Assembly: GCF_006345805.1 (NCBI RefSeq)
Contig: NC_043001.1
Span: 66,650,001-66,714,000 of the forward strand
Direction: 5' to 3'
Origin: Octopus sinensis
Taxonomy: Eukaryota
DNA: 64,000 bases
The notes under the pieces were generated by a model. It was not told where the DNA came from, searched no databases, and was given only the letters and a program-made list of their open reading frames with translations. This document shows positions 25,621-39,796 of the stretch, piece after piece. The stretch's first letter is position 1. Every line of letters starts with the position of its first letter. A program made the translations under genes and the position numbers.

Positions 25621-26011
25621 TATATCAACTTAGCACCAGCTGCTAATCTGCACCATCTGCACCAAGGTTACCACTGCAAACTAATCCCATGAGCATACCA
25701 ATCCCCAACACATACCAATTCTCAATGCTTGTTTCACACATGCATACTCATGTGCATGCAAGTGCACATGTGCCTACTCGGATCAGTACACACATGCACA
25801 CAAAAGCATATGAACGCATCTGCACACCCATATGTAGAATTATATACTTGCACATCATATATACTTCCTGTTCACCATCCGGTATTTTCCGACTAACAGT
25901 TACCTGTATACTAACATCAAACCAGGACACCACGTGACCTAACTCAACCAATCGCAAACCACCTTATACATATATATGTAGGGACCAAAGTGTACATTCA
26001 CCGCTATATAT

Positions 26012-26059
<48 letters not shown>

Positions 26060-26073
<14 letters not shown>

Positions 26074-26600
26074 CAAAATGGGACAAGAACGCAAAACATC
26101 CACATAGACGATACAAAGAAAACAAGGATGGATCATTCAAAGTTTTCTTTCCTCAGTCAAGTACCAGATTATATTCGCAATTGCAGCTGATTATACTTGA
26201 GATTGCTCCAATCTGGCCAGCCCCAAGGAAAAAGTGAAGAGCATTAGATTCCTTGGAAGAAAGCAGCGAATGTATACAAAAACAAGGACAGAAAAAATGG
26301 ACCATGTTACACAAATACAAAAAAAACAGGACATAACAACAGGTGTCTTTCGACTAAGGGACGAATTAAATTAAGCTGGCATGTGTGGAAATGAAGCCTT
26401 ATGGCAGAGATACAAGATTTCACAAACACAGGGAGGAATATCAATGTTGCACAGACAACGGCCAGACCAAGAAAGAAAGAACAGGCTTGGCCTGTCACAT
26501 GGGAAGAGAAGAGAAAGAAGTAGAAGCAGGGGTACAGAAGAATTAAGGAGGGGCGAGAAAAAGTGACAGGGACATAGTGAAGTGAAAAGTGGTCTTTCTT
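26060..26600 (-). mobile_element. PLE pseudo-LTR-like fragment
   Basis: Shares atcattc.aag..ttc..tc.tcagtca...ttgctccaa.c.ggccagccccaag.aaaa...gcattagatt.cttgg with 58543-58799. Confidence 0.65.
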
Positions 26601-26626
26601 TCTTGATCTGTATATATATATATATG

Positions 26627-28345
26627 GGTGTTTCTCTAAGCTTCGTCAGAGATTTTAGAAAGTACACAAGGTTAAGTGTGCCGTAAGACTGTTATCAAAT
26701 TTGATAACAAATTATGAGCAAGAAAAGATACACTGGACCTCTTTGATATTACAATGGGATCGCCAGACTCAGCAGAAGCGACAGACCTGGTAGGTCTATA
26801 TATCTTAGACAATATAGGTAGAGAATTCCCTGAATTAACTGGAGGTCTCTATGCACTATTCTTAGTTAAGAACTTTTCGACTAGACGTCTTGAACTGCTA
26901 AAAAAGTGTTTGCATAAATTCTTTAATAGGTTTGGCTTATCCATAATTATTGAAAATGAAAACTATTCTATAAACTATTTAGATGCAAATTGTAACCTAA
27001 ATATCAGACTCCATGAGCCTTATATAAAAGAAAACTCTAAATTAAGATATATAAATAATTTTAGTAACCATCCCCCACAAATAAAAAGAAAATCTTACTA
27101 CTAAATATAAGTAAAAGAATTTCAAGCCTATTTTCTATTGAAGAGATATTTAATAAGCATAAGGAAAAATACTATATAGCATTAAAAAATGCAGGATATA
27201 AAGGTAAAATTAAATACCTCCCCAATAATATTAACTATGATAGTCAGGATAGAGTAACTACCCCCAACCCACATAATTTAGACAAATATAACACTACCAA
27301 AGATAAATATAAAAATAACAATAATAATAAAAAAGAAATATAAATACGATAGGACAACCCATTAATAATAATAATAATGATAATAATAATAATAATGATA
27401 GACAGAATAACAACAATGATTATAACAATAATAAAATCATTAGTAATAATAGAAATAATTATAACAAAGAGAGTATAATTAAATATAAAAATAAGAATAA
27501 CAGAGAATTTACACATAATATAAGTAACCCTTATAAGGGAAATAACGAAATAGATACTTTATGGCTAATAATCCCTTTCACTATGCAAATCAAAAATAAC
27601 ATAGTAAAAGCAATTTTTAGTTTAATAAATAAACATTTTGCAAAAGGAAAAAAATATTGGGAGATAATTAATAACAAAACAATAAGAATAGGATATAGTC
27701 GAACATATAACCTCAATTAACAATAGAAAACTGAACTTCTAAGTAGAAAAGATAATAGAAGTAATACAACGATAAATAATAAAAACAACTATAATAATAA
27801 TAATAATAATAATAACAACAACAACAATAAAAAAACAGTAGCAATGGAAGTGCAAATAATAGTAATTGTACTAACATTAATGATCATAATAGTATAAGCA
27901 ATAATAACATTATTAGGATCAACAATAACCAAAGAAATAATAGTATAACAACATAAACCCTGTACAGCAACGCAGAACATGTAATTGTAGAATATGTAAT
28001 AATTGTGTATTTAATAATAACTGCATAAGAAAGGAGTATATATGGTAGTAAGGTATATGTGGGTGTGACAAAAAAAACAATATGAAACAGAGACTTAATT
28101 ATCACAACTATACATTTATAAACAGAAACAGGAGGAATTCTACAGGGTTAAGTAGCTACATATGGGAATTAATTATAATTTACACTGGAAAATATTAATA
28201 TCAGCACCTGTGTACAATAATAAAAATAGAAAATGTTTATTATGTATAATGAAATTTTTTTCTAATTGAGGTTAAAATTCCGCTTATTAACAACATTAAG
28301 GAACGTAACATTTCCTGTCTTCATAAAATTGGGTATAACTTTTCC
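26627..28345 (+). mobile_element. Degraded AT-rich Penelope-like element (second PLE family)
   Basis: FDITMGSPDSAEATDLVGLYIL..GGLY (catalytic RDD deleted), INYLDAN, YINNFSNHPP, an AAT-rich linker, then GIY-YIG relic YVGVT..MKQRLNYH..NSTGLSSYIWEL..CLLC. Confidence 0.85.
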
Positions 28346-28965
28346 AAATACCACTAGGCTGCACCAATCTCCAATCTGATCTGGCAAAGTTTCTACAGTT
28401 AGATGCCCTTCCTAACGCCAACCACTACAAGAATGTAGTGGGCTTTTTTTTTTACTTGCCACCAGTTGGTACTGGCATCGGCCACACTCAAATGGTGCTT
28501 TTTATGTGCCACCTGCACAGGAACGATCGCACTTGAATAGTGGTTTTTTACATGCCGCGGGTATGGGAGGTAGTCAGCAGCCCTGGCAATGATCATGCTT
28601 GAATGGTGCTTTTATCAGGTGGTACTGTCACCGACCATAACAATGATTTCACTTGCCTCAACACTTCTTTGCAAGTGTAGTTTATTGTCCAGTGATTGAA
28701 GGGTACTCTTAAATGGACTGGTTATATAGCACTGGCATAGGCCACGGTTATGGTCTCACTTGGCTTGCCGTGTCTTCTTAAGCACAGCCTATCTCCAAAA
28801 GTCTCGGTCACTTGTCATTGCCCAGTGTTCGAAGCTTGTGCTACACCACCTTATCCCAGGTCTTCCTGGGTTTACTGCTTCCACAGGTTTCCTCAACTGC
28901 TAGAGTGTGACACTTTTTCATACAACTGTCCTCATGCATTCGCAACACATGACCAGAATTGGTAT
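28345..28965 (-). mobile_element. RTE LINE 3' fragment (ORF end + 3' UTR)
   Basis: Homologous to 41560-42480 (gatgcccttcctaacgccaacc; cccaggtcttcctggg..ttccacaggtttcctcaactgctag). Confidence 0.85.
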
Positions 28966-30149
28966 ATAAAGTGCCATACTCAAGGCTATAATGCACTGTC
29001 CAATCCAGGAATTGAACTCATGACTTTATGATTGTAAACCTAACACCCTAATCACTTGACCACATGAAGATTTCAAAGGGTGTAGCAGAAAAAGTTCCCA
29101 CATTTTACATGGCCATTAGTGTAGCATTAGTGAAGGTAGCCAGACAGTTATAGTGTCTTGGACTGCTGCACAACATGCATTTGCTGTTGAAATATCAAGA
29201 ATAATGAATCTGAGAGTTTTCATCATGTTGTGTATACTGGTGTTTCACAATTTGACCAAAGTTCCTTCAATTAAAAGAAATCTCATGCTTGCTTGCTTGC
29301 TCATTTATTTGTTGTTGCTACTGTTCAAGTGAAACATTCAGTAAATTCTAAGCTGTCCCTGTCTGACATGACACATACTTCATGGACATGTTTATTTAAA
29401 TGCAAATATTTAATCTATTCTTTTCAATTATTTGTCTAGAGTTATTATTAGTGTTTAATTAACTACACATTATGGAAATGATTTCTGTCATTGCTCTATG
29501 GGATTATTTTTTAATGTGGATTTTCTTTAAATGTTAATATTGTATTATTTGTGGAGAAAGTGTCTTCTAGCTTCCCTGGAGACCTTCTCGTGTTACATGA
29601 ATAGGGGCTGATTGAGTCTGAAGAGTTCTTAAGTGAGTGATGTAAAGGAGCTAGCACAGCAGGGAGAGCTGTCTATGTCAACAAGTTATGTAACATACAT
29701 ACAGCTTTAAAAATAGATTTTGGCAATTCACTCATAGCTCCTTTTTGCCCATTTTTTGTTTCTGTTATTCTAAATTATAAAACTATAACTATTTTTCTCT
29801 TAATGTTTTTTGTTTAAAAAGGAAAATAAAAATGTTGAGATTAGAAATTATTTGATGTTTTTTTTTGTTTCAAACAAATTATGTTTTAAGGTTGGTGTAA
29901 ATTATGTTGTTTTGTTCAGGCTCAGTTCTCATGTAACACTTAGGGTTCAAGGTACTCCAGACATGCCATTTTTTTTTTGTGAGACTCTGTCTACCTCAGT
30001 CAACATTTAGTTAATGTGTTCTTACTAAGTTTTTGTAAATGTTAGACTGTAATGATTGAATGACCACTTAGAGAACCCTACCTCTTAGTCACCTTGCTGC
30101 TGAAAACAAGGAGATGTGGGCATAGGCACATACCTATATATATATATTT

Positions 30150-30345
30150 CAAATTTACAGAAGGCAAAAGATGAAGACAGGTAAGAGAACAACAAGCAGG
30201 TGTATTAATTCGACACTGAGGAAGAATGGAAAAGTCTTTGACGTTTTGAACCTATGTTCTTTGATAGAAAGTATTGAAAGGGGAAAAATGGAGGAAGAAT
30301 GAAAAAAAAAAACAGAAGAAAATGGAGAGGATGTATATATATCAA
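30150..30345 (-). mobile_element. PLE terminal fragment with decayed hammerhead
   Basis: 30236-30271 on minus reads cttt-ctatcaa-a-gaac-atag-gttc-aaaa-cgtc-aaag. Same layout as 13252-13286, but the core is mutated. Confidence 0.55.
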
Positions 30346-31486
30346 AGTTAAGTCTACTCTGAGTTTCATCCTTAGCTGGGCTGTTCATCCGCCTCCTCTT
30401 ACACATATATATATATATCATAGGCTTCTTTCAGTTTCCATCCACCAAATCTACTTGCAAGGATTTGGTTGCCTGGAGCTATAGTAGAAAACACTTGCAC
30501 AAGGTTCCATACATTGGAACTGAACCTGAAACCATGTTGCTGGTTAGCAAACATCTTTACACACTTTGCTTGCATCTCTGGTTAATGCCAGCCTCTAGGT
30601 GTTGAAACCTAGGAGACTTATATCACCATCATCATCATTGTCATTTGATGCTGGTATGGGTTGGATTGTTTGACAGGGTCTAATGAGCTACAGGCCTGCA
30701 ACACGCTCTATGTAAGCTTTGTCATGGTTTCTGTGGTTGGATGCCCTTCGAAGCACCAAGCACCAACCACTTTACAGCAAGTACTGGGTACTTTATACAT
30801 ACCACTGGCACTGGTGAGATTCCCAAGTTATTGCAAAACAGAAAAGAACAAGAACAGGGAAAAGCCCCCTCGACATATTTGGCAGGGACTATTTGAGAGT
30901 GGGGAGAGGTAACTTTATGCCAAGGACAAGCAGAAGTGCCTTACAGTAGAGAAGAAACGTGACTATCCCACATTATATAAGAATGGGTAGGAGTAGCTGA
31001 AAAGAAGACAAGATGGTAGGAATGAGATAAGATGGTAGTGATGGGATACTCATAACAGATGAGATGGATAGTGAATCATCAGGGAGAAGGTAGTCATAAG
31101 AATGTAAAAGTAGAGTAACAGATGATGAGAGATAGAAGTAGTGATAAATCTAATGAATGGTGAACAGGAGTGAAGGTATACATATATCATCAGTTATCTG
31201 TAAATCAATAAAAAACAATACACACTCTAAAAGAGAAATAGAGCAGTTATATTTTTACATTGTCAAGCAGTATATTTGCTCATGGCAAATAACTGGACAA
31301 AATGTTGCAGACGATTTCACGCCAGTAATTGCACTTGGCAGTATGGATGTCTCTTCAGATATACTGGCCAAAAGTACATATCGTCTTTTATGCATAAAGA
31401 GAATATGTGCTTTAAGTCAGCATATCTGAAGAGTAGTCAGTTTTGCTGTGTAATCAGTAATGTTCTGACCAGTAATATACTGCTTG

Positions 31487-31524
<38 letters not shown>

Positions 31525-31530
<6 letters not shown>

Positions 31531-31817
31531 TGGAGATGTACTTGCATAGCAAGTGATCTGATCTGAGATCATGTGCTGGAACAAAAACATTTGCAGCGTG
31601 GAACGTGTTTATAAGCCATTTAAGAAACACACAAACCCGTTAGATTCATTTCGACATTTAAATTTAATTTATAATGACCTGTTCACTGACAAAATGCAGC
31701 ACGGAATTTTGTCAGTGAACAGGTTGTGGTCTCAAAGCGATGAGAATATTTTGACAAATTAAATTTAAATGTTGAAATGAATCTAATGGGTTTGTGTGTT
31801 TCTTAAATGGCTTATAA
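31525..31817. repeat. Foldback (long palindromic) element
   Basis: Outer arms 31609-31670 and 31756-31817 (about 62 bp, 2 mismatches). Inner hairpin acctgttcactgacaaaat / attttgtcagtgaacaggt at 31677-31724. Confidence 0.9.
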
Positions 31818-32210
31818 GGAGTGGCTGTGTGGTAAGTAGCTTGTTTACCAACCACATGGTTCCAGGTTCAGTCCCACTGCGTGGCACCTTGGGCAAGTGT
31901 CTTCTACTATAGCCTCGGGTCGTCTAAAGCCTTGTGAGTGGATTTGGTAGACGGAAACTGAAAGAAGCCCGTCGTATATATGTATATATATGTATGTGCG
32001 TGTATGTTTGTGTGTCTGTGTTTGTCCCCCTAGCATTGCTTGACAACAGATGCTGGTGTGTTTATGTCCCCGTAACTTAGCGGTTCGACAAAAGAGACCA
32101 ATAGAATAAGTACTAGGCTTACAAAGAATAAGTGCCGGGGTCGAGTTGCTCAATTAAAGGCAGTGCACCAGCATAGCCGCAGTCAAAATGACTGAAACAA
32201 GTAAAAAGAG
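31818..32210 (+). mobile_element. tRNA-derived SINE (family A), full length
   Basis: ggagtggctgtgtggtaag (box A-like) ... ggttcagtccc (box B-like) ... gaaacaagtaaaaagag. Nearly identical to 50457-50880. Confidence 0.92.
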
Positions 32211-33814
32211 AAAAAAAAAAAAAGAGAGAGAAAGATATGGATTAGATTGGATTGCCTATGTTTAGTTCACTGCAGGACAAAGGCCTCAACATGCTCTCTC
32301 CACCAGCCATAGTCTCATGAATAGGCATTTGAGCTTGAGATCACACTGGTTTGATGAGCTTACTCTGCCACACTGGCTCGACATGGCTTAGCAGAGGGCT
32401 TTGTCACATGGTATCTCACTACTATCATATCATTGGTCTGTAGCACGATTACTGAGTCCTTTCGACACTGTATCAATTTGGAGATACTTGTCCTCCTAGT
32501 TGTCTGTGTTGTATCTTACAGTCAATATCTTCTCATTAGTTTCTTCCATTTTGCCTTATTTTTACAGCTGTATGTTCTTCCTGTTACTAATACACTACTA
32601 CATGGACTGGGTATATTTTATTGTGCCATCTGCACCATAGAAATGGAGTAGATTTTATTTTCCCCATGGATATAGTTTCTATATTTTCCTGTTGTATAAA
32701 AGGTGCAGAGAAAAACTATTAAATATGAAATGCTCCAAGATGTTACAATATTTGAATAACATTATTTTGTTTTCCATTTAGGGCTGGTTTAAATTATTCA
32801 GGTCTGGCTAAATAATTCCACAAGGAAGATATATATTTGTGTTCTTTTCAAGTAAATATATTTAACTTTTGGCACTATTATAACTATTTCTAGAATATAT
32901 TTCATTATTAGCAAATGTTACTAAGAAATTGTGTCAATAGCTTTGTATGAAAGACACTATTAATGACACACTTTTAGCCATATTAATTTGAATAATAGTC
33001 AATGTAAGCCCACAACTCTAACACAATGCACAATAGTTTCTCTCAGAATAATCTCATATTTACTTCTCTTCAGTGGAACATGTAAATTATTCATAAGATT
33101 TTTAGCTACTTGAAAGTCTTTATAGCCAATTTCAACATAGTTTATATCAAAATAAGGTTCAGATTCATAGAAACATATGAGAACAAAGCTTGTTTTCTGT
33201 ATGGTGTGGTTTTCTGTATGGAGTTTATGAGTTCATTATTGGGGAAAGTAATACTTTCAACAATAAAATTTCTTATTCTCGCTTCACATGAGTGGTTAGC
33301 ACTAAGGGGAGCTTCCTGCAAAATATTTTTGCTAGAACCAGAAGGTGCTTAACCACAGTAAACAAAACTAGCTTGTTCCATGTTAATTTTATGTAATTGT
33401 TGCTGGTAGTGGTATTGATGGTGTGGTAGATACAACTGGTAAACAATATAACCCAACAAACTCTTTTAATGCATTCTTCTATAAGAAAATTCGCATAAAC
33501 TGATAATAATATGAACAGTACTTTTGAGTCATTTCAGTGTTTCAAAAAATTCCATTGAATAATACGTATTTCACATTCTTTTACTCAGAATGTTTATATT
33601 TATTGTTCTGACCTGTTGATTAGAACTAATTCTTTCTGCACTTATTTGTGAATTTACAGAAGAAAGGTGTTTGTATTGCTAAATTGCTAAATATTTTTAC
33701 TGGTCTTTTTATGACCTTTAAATGAAATATAAATAAATCTATTTAAATTTAATTGTAATAAAAAATGAATTCGATTTATGTTCATTCATTAACACTTACT
33801 CTATTCTTTTCCAG

Positions 33815-33859
33815 ATGACAAAGAATCATGTGATAATACAAAAATGTTCAACTGTTTTG
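33815..33859 (+). CDS. 45-bp phase 1-1 exon, (D)DKESCDNTKMFNCF; resembles the end of a C-type lectin domain
   Basis: Textbook sites ctattcttttccag| and |gtaagt. Open frame with a D-x-x-S-C-x5-F-x-C pattern. Confidence 0.6.
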
Positions 33860-34679
33860 GTAAGTATTTATGTACCAACTTAACTTCAGATTCTAAGCTT
33901 GAGTTTTGTATTCATTGTAAAAACTTAATTTAATTTAATTTCTATAAAGTTGGAATGTTCCAGTTTAAGCAACAATGACTGCCATAATTGATGTAGTGGT
34001 ACACATTCTGGTAGACTATCAGGAAATTTCCTAGGAGTGCTTTTCGCATAAAGGATAAATAGTTAAGTGTGGGCTAACATGTTTAATGCTGTGTGGGACA
34101 AAGGATTTCTAATTAAGTGAAATTCCACACTGTGATGAGAACAACAGCCATTAATGTAAATGAACATTCTTTTCAAAAGGAGCAAGGGAGAGAACTCAGA
34201 AATTTAATTAAAATTAGACATGTATAATGCGTGACTTTGATTATTGCTAGCTATGTGACAACTGAGGGCATGTTTTGGTCTTCTTGTGCCTCTTCAGCAA
34301 ATATAGTTTAATTCAAAACTGCTAGATCATAAAATGACTTGAAGTTTTGGTGTGAAATAATATCATTGATTAAAAAATTAAAAATAACCATGAAAGAAGA
34401 CAGGACCCTGCTGTTTTCAGGGAAATGAATGTACTTGGTATGTAAAAAGGGCGTAGGAAAGAATTGTATGCTGTGTATCTGGTGGTATCTATAGGCATAC
34501 AAGTGTACTGAGATCATTGGCAGGCTGACAATGAGTAAGGACTTTGTATATGACAGATATACAGGAGTAGTTAACTGTCTAAATACCAGTAGATTATTTA
34601 CTTTTCAATGCTTGGAAGTAGTTGACAGCTTCTTGTTACATAGGTAATATAATCAGTTGTGGAGGAAGGTACCCCGACA

Positions 34680-34880
34680 GTAACCAGAATAAGAATACAC
34701 TTTCACAAAACTTATTTTTGCTGGCAATGAGGGATTCTCTCTTTGAATGAAAGAGTAGATTGTATGATGCTCGTGTATGAAGTCAATATTGCATGGTTGT
34801 AAGACTTGGACATTGAATACTGAAGGTGGCTGGAGAGAGTTGGAACAAGCATGTTCCACTAGATATGTAAGGTTTGTGTG
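34680..34880 (+). mobile_element. RTE LINE internal relic
   Basis: FSL.MK.RLYDARV..ILHGCKTWTL parallels LSLRVKGRLYDACV..MLHGSETWAV of the young RTE. Confidence 0.7.
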
Positions 34881-36121
34881 TGTGTGAACAATGCGTTAGG
34901 TGCTGGATGTCATATCAGGTCTCCTGTTTGAGGATAACTTGAATTCCTGAAATGCTGTTTCCCACTGCACTTCCCTTGCTCCTTGAAGTACTTTAATGGG
35001 AGTACACGCTGCCATCATTTGAATAACATCTCCAGTTCGAATATATTGTGATATTTTGATGCATGACATCCTACCACAAGAAGTTGTCTTTCCTTCCACC
35101 CATCTCCCACTTGTTTCTGAGTAATCCATGAAATAGAAGACTTACTTCTACATCATCACTTAACACATCACTTTGTGGAATTTATTTATTTTAGCATAAC
35201 ATGACTGAACCTGATTTGGGGTGGGGATGAATGACGGTGTGTGTGTGTGTGTGGCAGGGGGCGTATTATTAAAAAACTGTTCTCTTTATAAATATTTTAT
35301 TTTCATCTGGTAAAATGTTCTGGTTAGGACATGAATTCTTACTAGTTTTTTGGAATGTTAAATTTAATGCTGATCTCTCTGCTTTGCTGTGACATTTCTG
35401 TACATTTGCTAAATAAGCCAATGAAATCTATTTGTATTGTCCTTGAGGTAAAACAAAACAAAAAAAACAAACAAGCACAAGTCTCTTTATTATTTTTAAA
35501 TGTGTCTATTCATCTCAATCATAGACCATCAAGTAAGTGTGTTGTCTGCAAATTCATAATCATTATTTCAAATGTAGGATATTTTGTTGTTTCATGTGTC
35601 TTGTAATATAATTGTTTAACATTTGATGCCTGCCTCTCTTATTACTCTGATCTTTTAACTATAGTCAACAACAAACAAAAATTTGTAATCAAACTACACA
35701 ATTGTTGTTGTTGCCCTTTATGTAACCTATCTCTAGTTTAAATCAAACAAATTCTGAATAACCATGTTTTCTGAAAAAAGAGAGTTTCAAGAACAGCTTG
35801 TAATGTAAATATAACCAATATATATTGACAGTTCCATCACATCAAATTCAAGATTATGTAAGTTCTTCATTTCAATTTTTACCCCTTTTTCTTTCATATT
35901 TCTATTTTGTTGATCATTGGTTATCTCTCTGGCCCTATAAGCAATCAATCATATACCTAGCTGTATAGCAATTTCTTGTAAAACTATCATTATGGTTCTG
36001 TTCTTGTAAGATTTTATAATTCCAGTAATAGCAACTCTCATAGAGCTTGTGTTTCTAGTGTTTAGTACTTTTATTTGAGTGTTACCATATATATATATAT
36101 ATAGAAACAAACACGTGTTTA

Positions 36122-36199
<78 letters not shown>

Positions 36200-37499
36200 A
36201 TAAAATATTTATAAGAAATTATCAAGTAGTTAGTATGAAAAACCTCATAAGGGAAAAATTTTTTAATTTTTCCTTTTAATTATATTTATTTATATTAAGG
36301 GCATTACTATATATATATACACATGTGTGTATGTATGTGTATACACACACATGCACAACCACGTGTGTATGTACACACCATATTTTTAAAGTTTAGTACA
36401 TATAGCCAATATTCATATTTTAGTACTTGTCTAAAATTTAAATGGATTAAAAAGAAAATTGATGCCAACATGTAAACTTTTTTTAAAAAAACACACCATC
36501 TCAATGGGTTTACTTTATTGTTGTTCAAATATTTACATTGCAAATAAACATGTTAACTCTAACAATATGTACGCATGTGTGTGTATGTATGCATGCTCGC
36601 ATGTATGCATTCATAGTAACTGTACTGAAACAGTGTAGAATTTAGCTTTGCTGGTCTTCAATTGCATGCTCTATTTATACACCAAGGTTAATTATATAGT
36701 TATTAAACATACACGGATAAATTTATTCCCAAATATATCTATGTATTCTGTTCTTATTCCACTGGAATATCTGTACCATTATTTTATTGTAAAAGGAATA
36801 CTGGCACTTAACATTTAAGACTGTTAGGAGTTGCACCTTGCCTCACTCATCCCATCTTATTCTAAAAAAGGGGAATCGGAGCTTCCATTAAGACTTAGAA
36901 TTGACAGGTTAAATATGTTTTATCACATACCCTTTTACTATGTTTGTGTTTCCCTCTCCTCTGTGTGACAGTTCAATTAAAGAGATTCTGATAATGTCTG
37001 TGTGACAATTCAATCTGAGACTCTTCATCAGCTATTTAAAATCACATCTATCTTTTTCTTGTGTGTGATGGTTCAATAAAAGATATTCCATAAAAAATCA
37101 ACTTTGTAAAATACCTTGCTGTCAATTGAAATAATGTTAGACTCTGCCAAGTTTAAGTTATTTTAGCATCATCACAATTTCATTTGTAGTTTTGAAGAAT
37201 TTGTTGATGTTGGGTATGATTTTTAGATACACAGTACTAATTGTAGTTGTAGGGTACCATTTTGTTGTTATTTGTAACTAATCTTATTTCCACTGCATGT
37301 TGTCACTGCATTGCTGAGTACAGCTCAGTGTGCCTTGACCAGTGTTTGGTATTGTATTGTATTGACAATACTCTATATAATAAGTATACAGTGCATAGTA
37401 GTGCCCCTTATCTAATAAAGGAATTATTTATGTAGATATTATTATTATTATTTACTTAACTGATTTGTCTGTGTCTATGTCCTGTCACAGCTTCATGCA

Positions 37500-37825
37500 G
37501 TAGCTTAGAGACGTTAGGCTTTTCTCAGCACAGTAGCTGTTCCAAGTATTGCTGCTATCTCAGTACTTCCTGAAAAGTTTGATATTTGTAGTTTTTTGAT
37601 GTCAGAATATTTGAGATGGTTCCAAGTGCATTGATCACAATAGGTACTACACTCACTTTTAAAGCTCTGTGGTACTTCCCAACTTTTTCATTTTCTATCT
37701 TAATGTTTTGGTCTGCAAGGAAAGCTATCTTGATGCAGGTCCGTTCTTTGGACTCCTTCAGTAGGAGAGTGATATTTGGTCGGTTATGCTGCAGCTTTTT
37801 GTATATATTGGCATATCCCATGTGA
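37500..37825 (-). mobile_element. REL-endonuclease LINE relic (R4/Dong-like), C-terminus
   Basis: HNRPNITLL..CIKIAF..NIKIENEKVGKY..VSVVPIVINALGT resembles the RPD..DIA..KE.EK..KY..PIVIGALG motif. Confidence 0.75.
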
Positions 37826-38986
37826 GTCTCACCTGACTATTCTCTGCTACCGGTAAAAGTTGGAACTCATACTACTGGTTAGAACATCTGTCTTTGGTTC
37901 TGAGTTCAAATTCTGCCAAGTTTGACTTTGCCTTTCATCCTTTTGGGGTTGAGTACTAGGGTCAATGTAATCGACTTACTCCCTCCCCCAAAATTGTGTC
38001 TAAAGTAGAAAGGCTTAGTATTATTATTATTTAACACTGAGAGATGTAACAAAGTGTCAGCTACCCACAACCAGTGAACTAAGCACACTTTGTTTAGATT
38101 TCATGATCTTTGCAGAGGATTTGCATTGTTCCAAGTGGTGCTGTTTTTTGTAGATGCTCAATCAATCCAGTTTGTGAGCGTCATACTTCATGTTCTGTCT
38201 CACTACATAGCATCTTGTGCAAGTGTCTTCTGTTATAGCTCCGAGCTGAGCAAAACCTTGAGAGTGGGTTTGGTAAATGGAAACTGAAAGAAACCCATTG
38301 TATGTAAAAAAAATACCACAGTTACACAAATGGTGTCATTTGTTTGTAATATTCTGTGAAAGCATTTCAAGCCATTGGACTATTTTGTATTTGAAGAACT
38401 AAAGGAAATATCAACTTCCTTGGAAATAAGTAGAGGTGGATGATAGGAAGAATGTTTAGCCATAGAAAATCTGCCCGAATGAATTTTGTCTGACCCATGT
38501 CATTGTAGAAAAGTGAGTGTTAAAATGATGATGACAATGATGCTTAAATGTATTTAATTATTTCCACTTGGTGTTGTGTGGATATTATCTCCTGTCTTCT
38601 GATTTACAAGAAACTTCAATATTTTTACCATATTTTTGTTGTATTTTTATATCATTGTGTTTGTAAAAGGAAAAGAATTTTATTTTAACTTATTTTTCTG
38701 TCTGTTACTGGTTTGACTTCATTTGTAATGGCATCCAGTAAGCAAAACAAAAAGGGGTGAAAAAAAAAAGGCAATTCTGAAAACACGAAGCAGAAAAACA
38801 CATAAGGCATAACACACATGGTTTAAGAAAAAAGTAAGAAATTTTGTTTTCAGACATTGTGTTGACAGTCATGCAGACACAAATATCATCAACTAAGAAG
38901 TGCACACATACAGTCAGTTTCATCCTGGTCATATCTCTTGCAAAGTTCCATTCTAAGATGGACTAGTGACAAAATTATGTCTATAA

Positions 38987-39162
38987 AAAGTATATCTTCT
39001 TGCTGAAAGAATATATTTAAAAGGTGGCAGTGTGAAAATTTATCTAATTTTACCTCTCAAAGAGAATGGGAAGTTTTCTCTGTACCTTCTAAAGACCAAT
39101 TAAGGGAAGCTTTGGTTGATGTTTGGGTTTGCATTTTGTATATAGAGGGAAGTACAGTCTGA
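38987..39162 (+). pseudogene. Further copy of the W-x-C (CTLD-like) module, with a frameshift
   Basis: KVYLLAERIYLK[gg]WQCENLSNFTSQREWEVF..LVDVWV aligns with KVFLMADHNITWFC (10.3/11.8 kb) and WSCSEPTNFDSNNQF (8.6 kb). Confidence 0.4.
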
Positions 39163-39796
39163 CCTTCAAGACTGAGAAATGAAATTTGAACACAGGCAAC
39201 AACTGTGTGCAAAAAGCCTACTCATACGCTTGTGTCCCAGTGCATGGGACAGCTTAATACAAAGGCAGCATTCAGGGGGCATAGCAAGTGATATTGGCCC
39301 CTGCCATGGTATTACTTAGGAGTGGTGATAGGTTCACAAGTAATAAGAAATACATGATTGAAAGGAGTAAATATGAACTTGCATGTTTTTATTATTTCAT
39401 TTATGCACAACTGTTAGGAAAAATTTCTAATATTGGGCTACAACAAGTAAACTTAGATGCCAAGAACCTTCCTAAGTATCTTAGTTGTCCCTAATAATAC
39501 TGTTTTCTTTAGCTACACTTAACTAGGTTTTATGCCTATTTCCTCTGTCCATCCGTTCAAATCTTTAGGAATTGTTCTTAATGCACCTATAACTACAGGG
39601 ATACATTTTACCTTCACTTTCCATAGCCCCTGTAACTCGGTGGCACTTCGCTATTTTCTCTATACCTCTCATGTTAACTTTCTCATCATTTGGGACTGTA
39701 AAGTCAATTACTAACACTTTCTACTACTACTACTACTACTACTACTATCACCACCACTACCACTACTATCACCACCACCACCAACAACAACAACAA

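Noticed and set aside
30160-30186. Apparent micro-exon ttacag|AAGGCAAAAGATGAAGACAG|gtaaga
   Set aside because: Lies within the reverse strand of a PLE terminal repeat also seen at 12230-12330 and 13170-13250.
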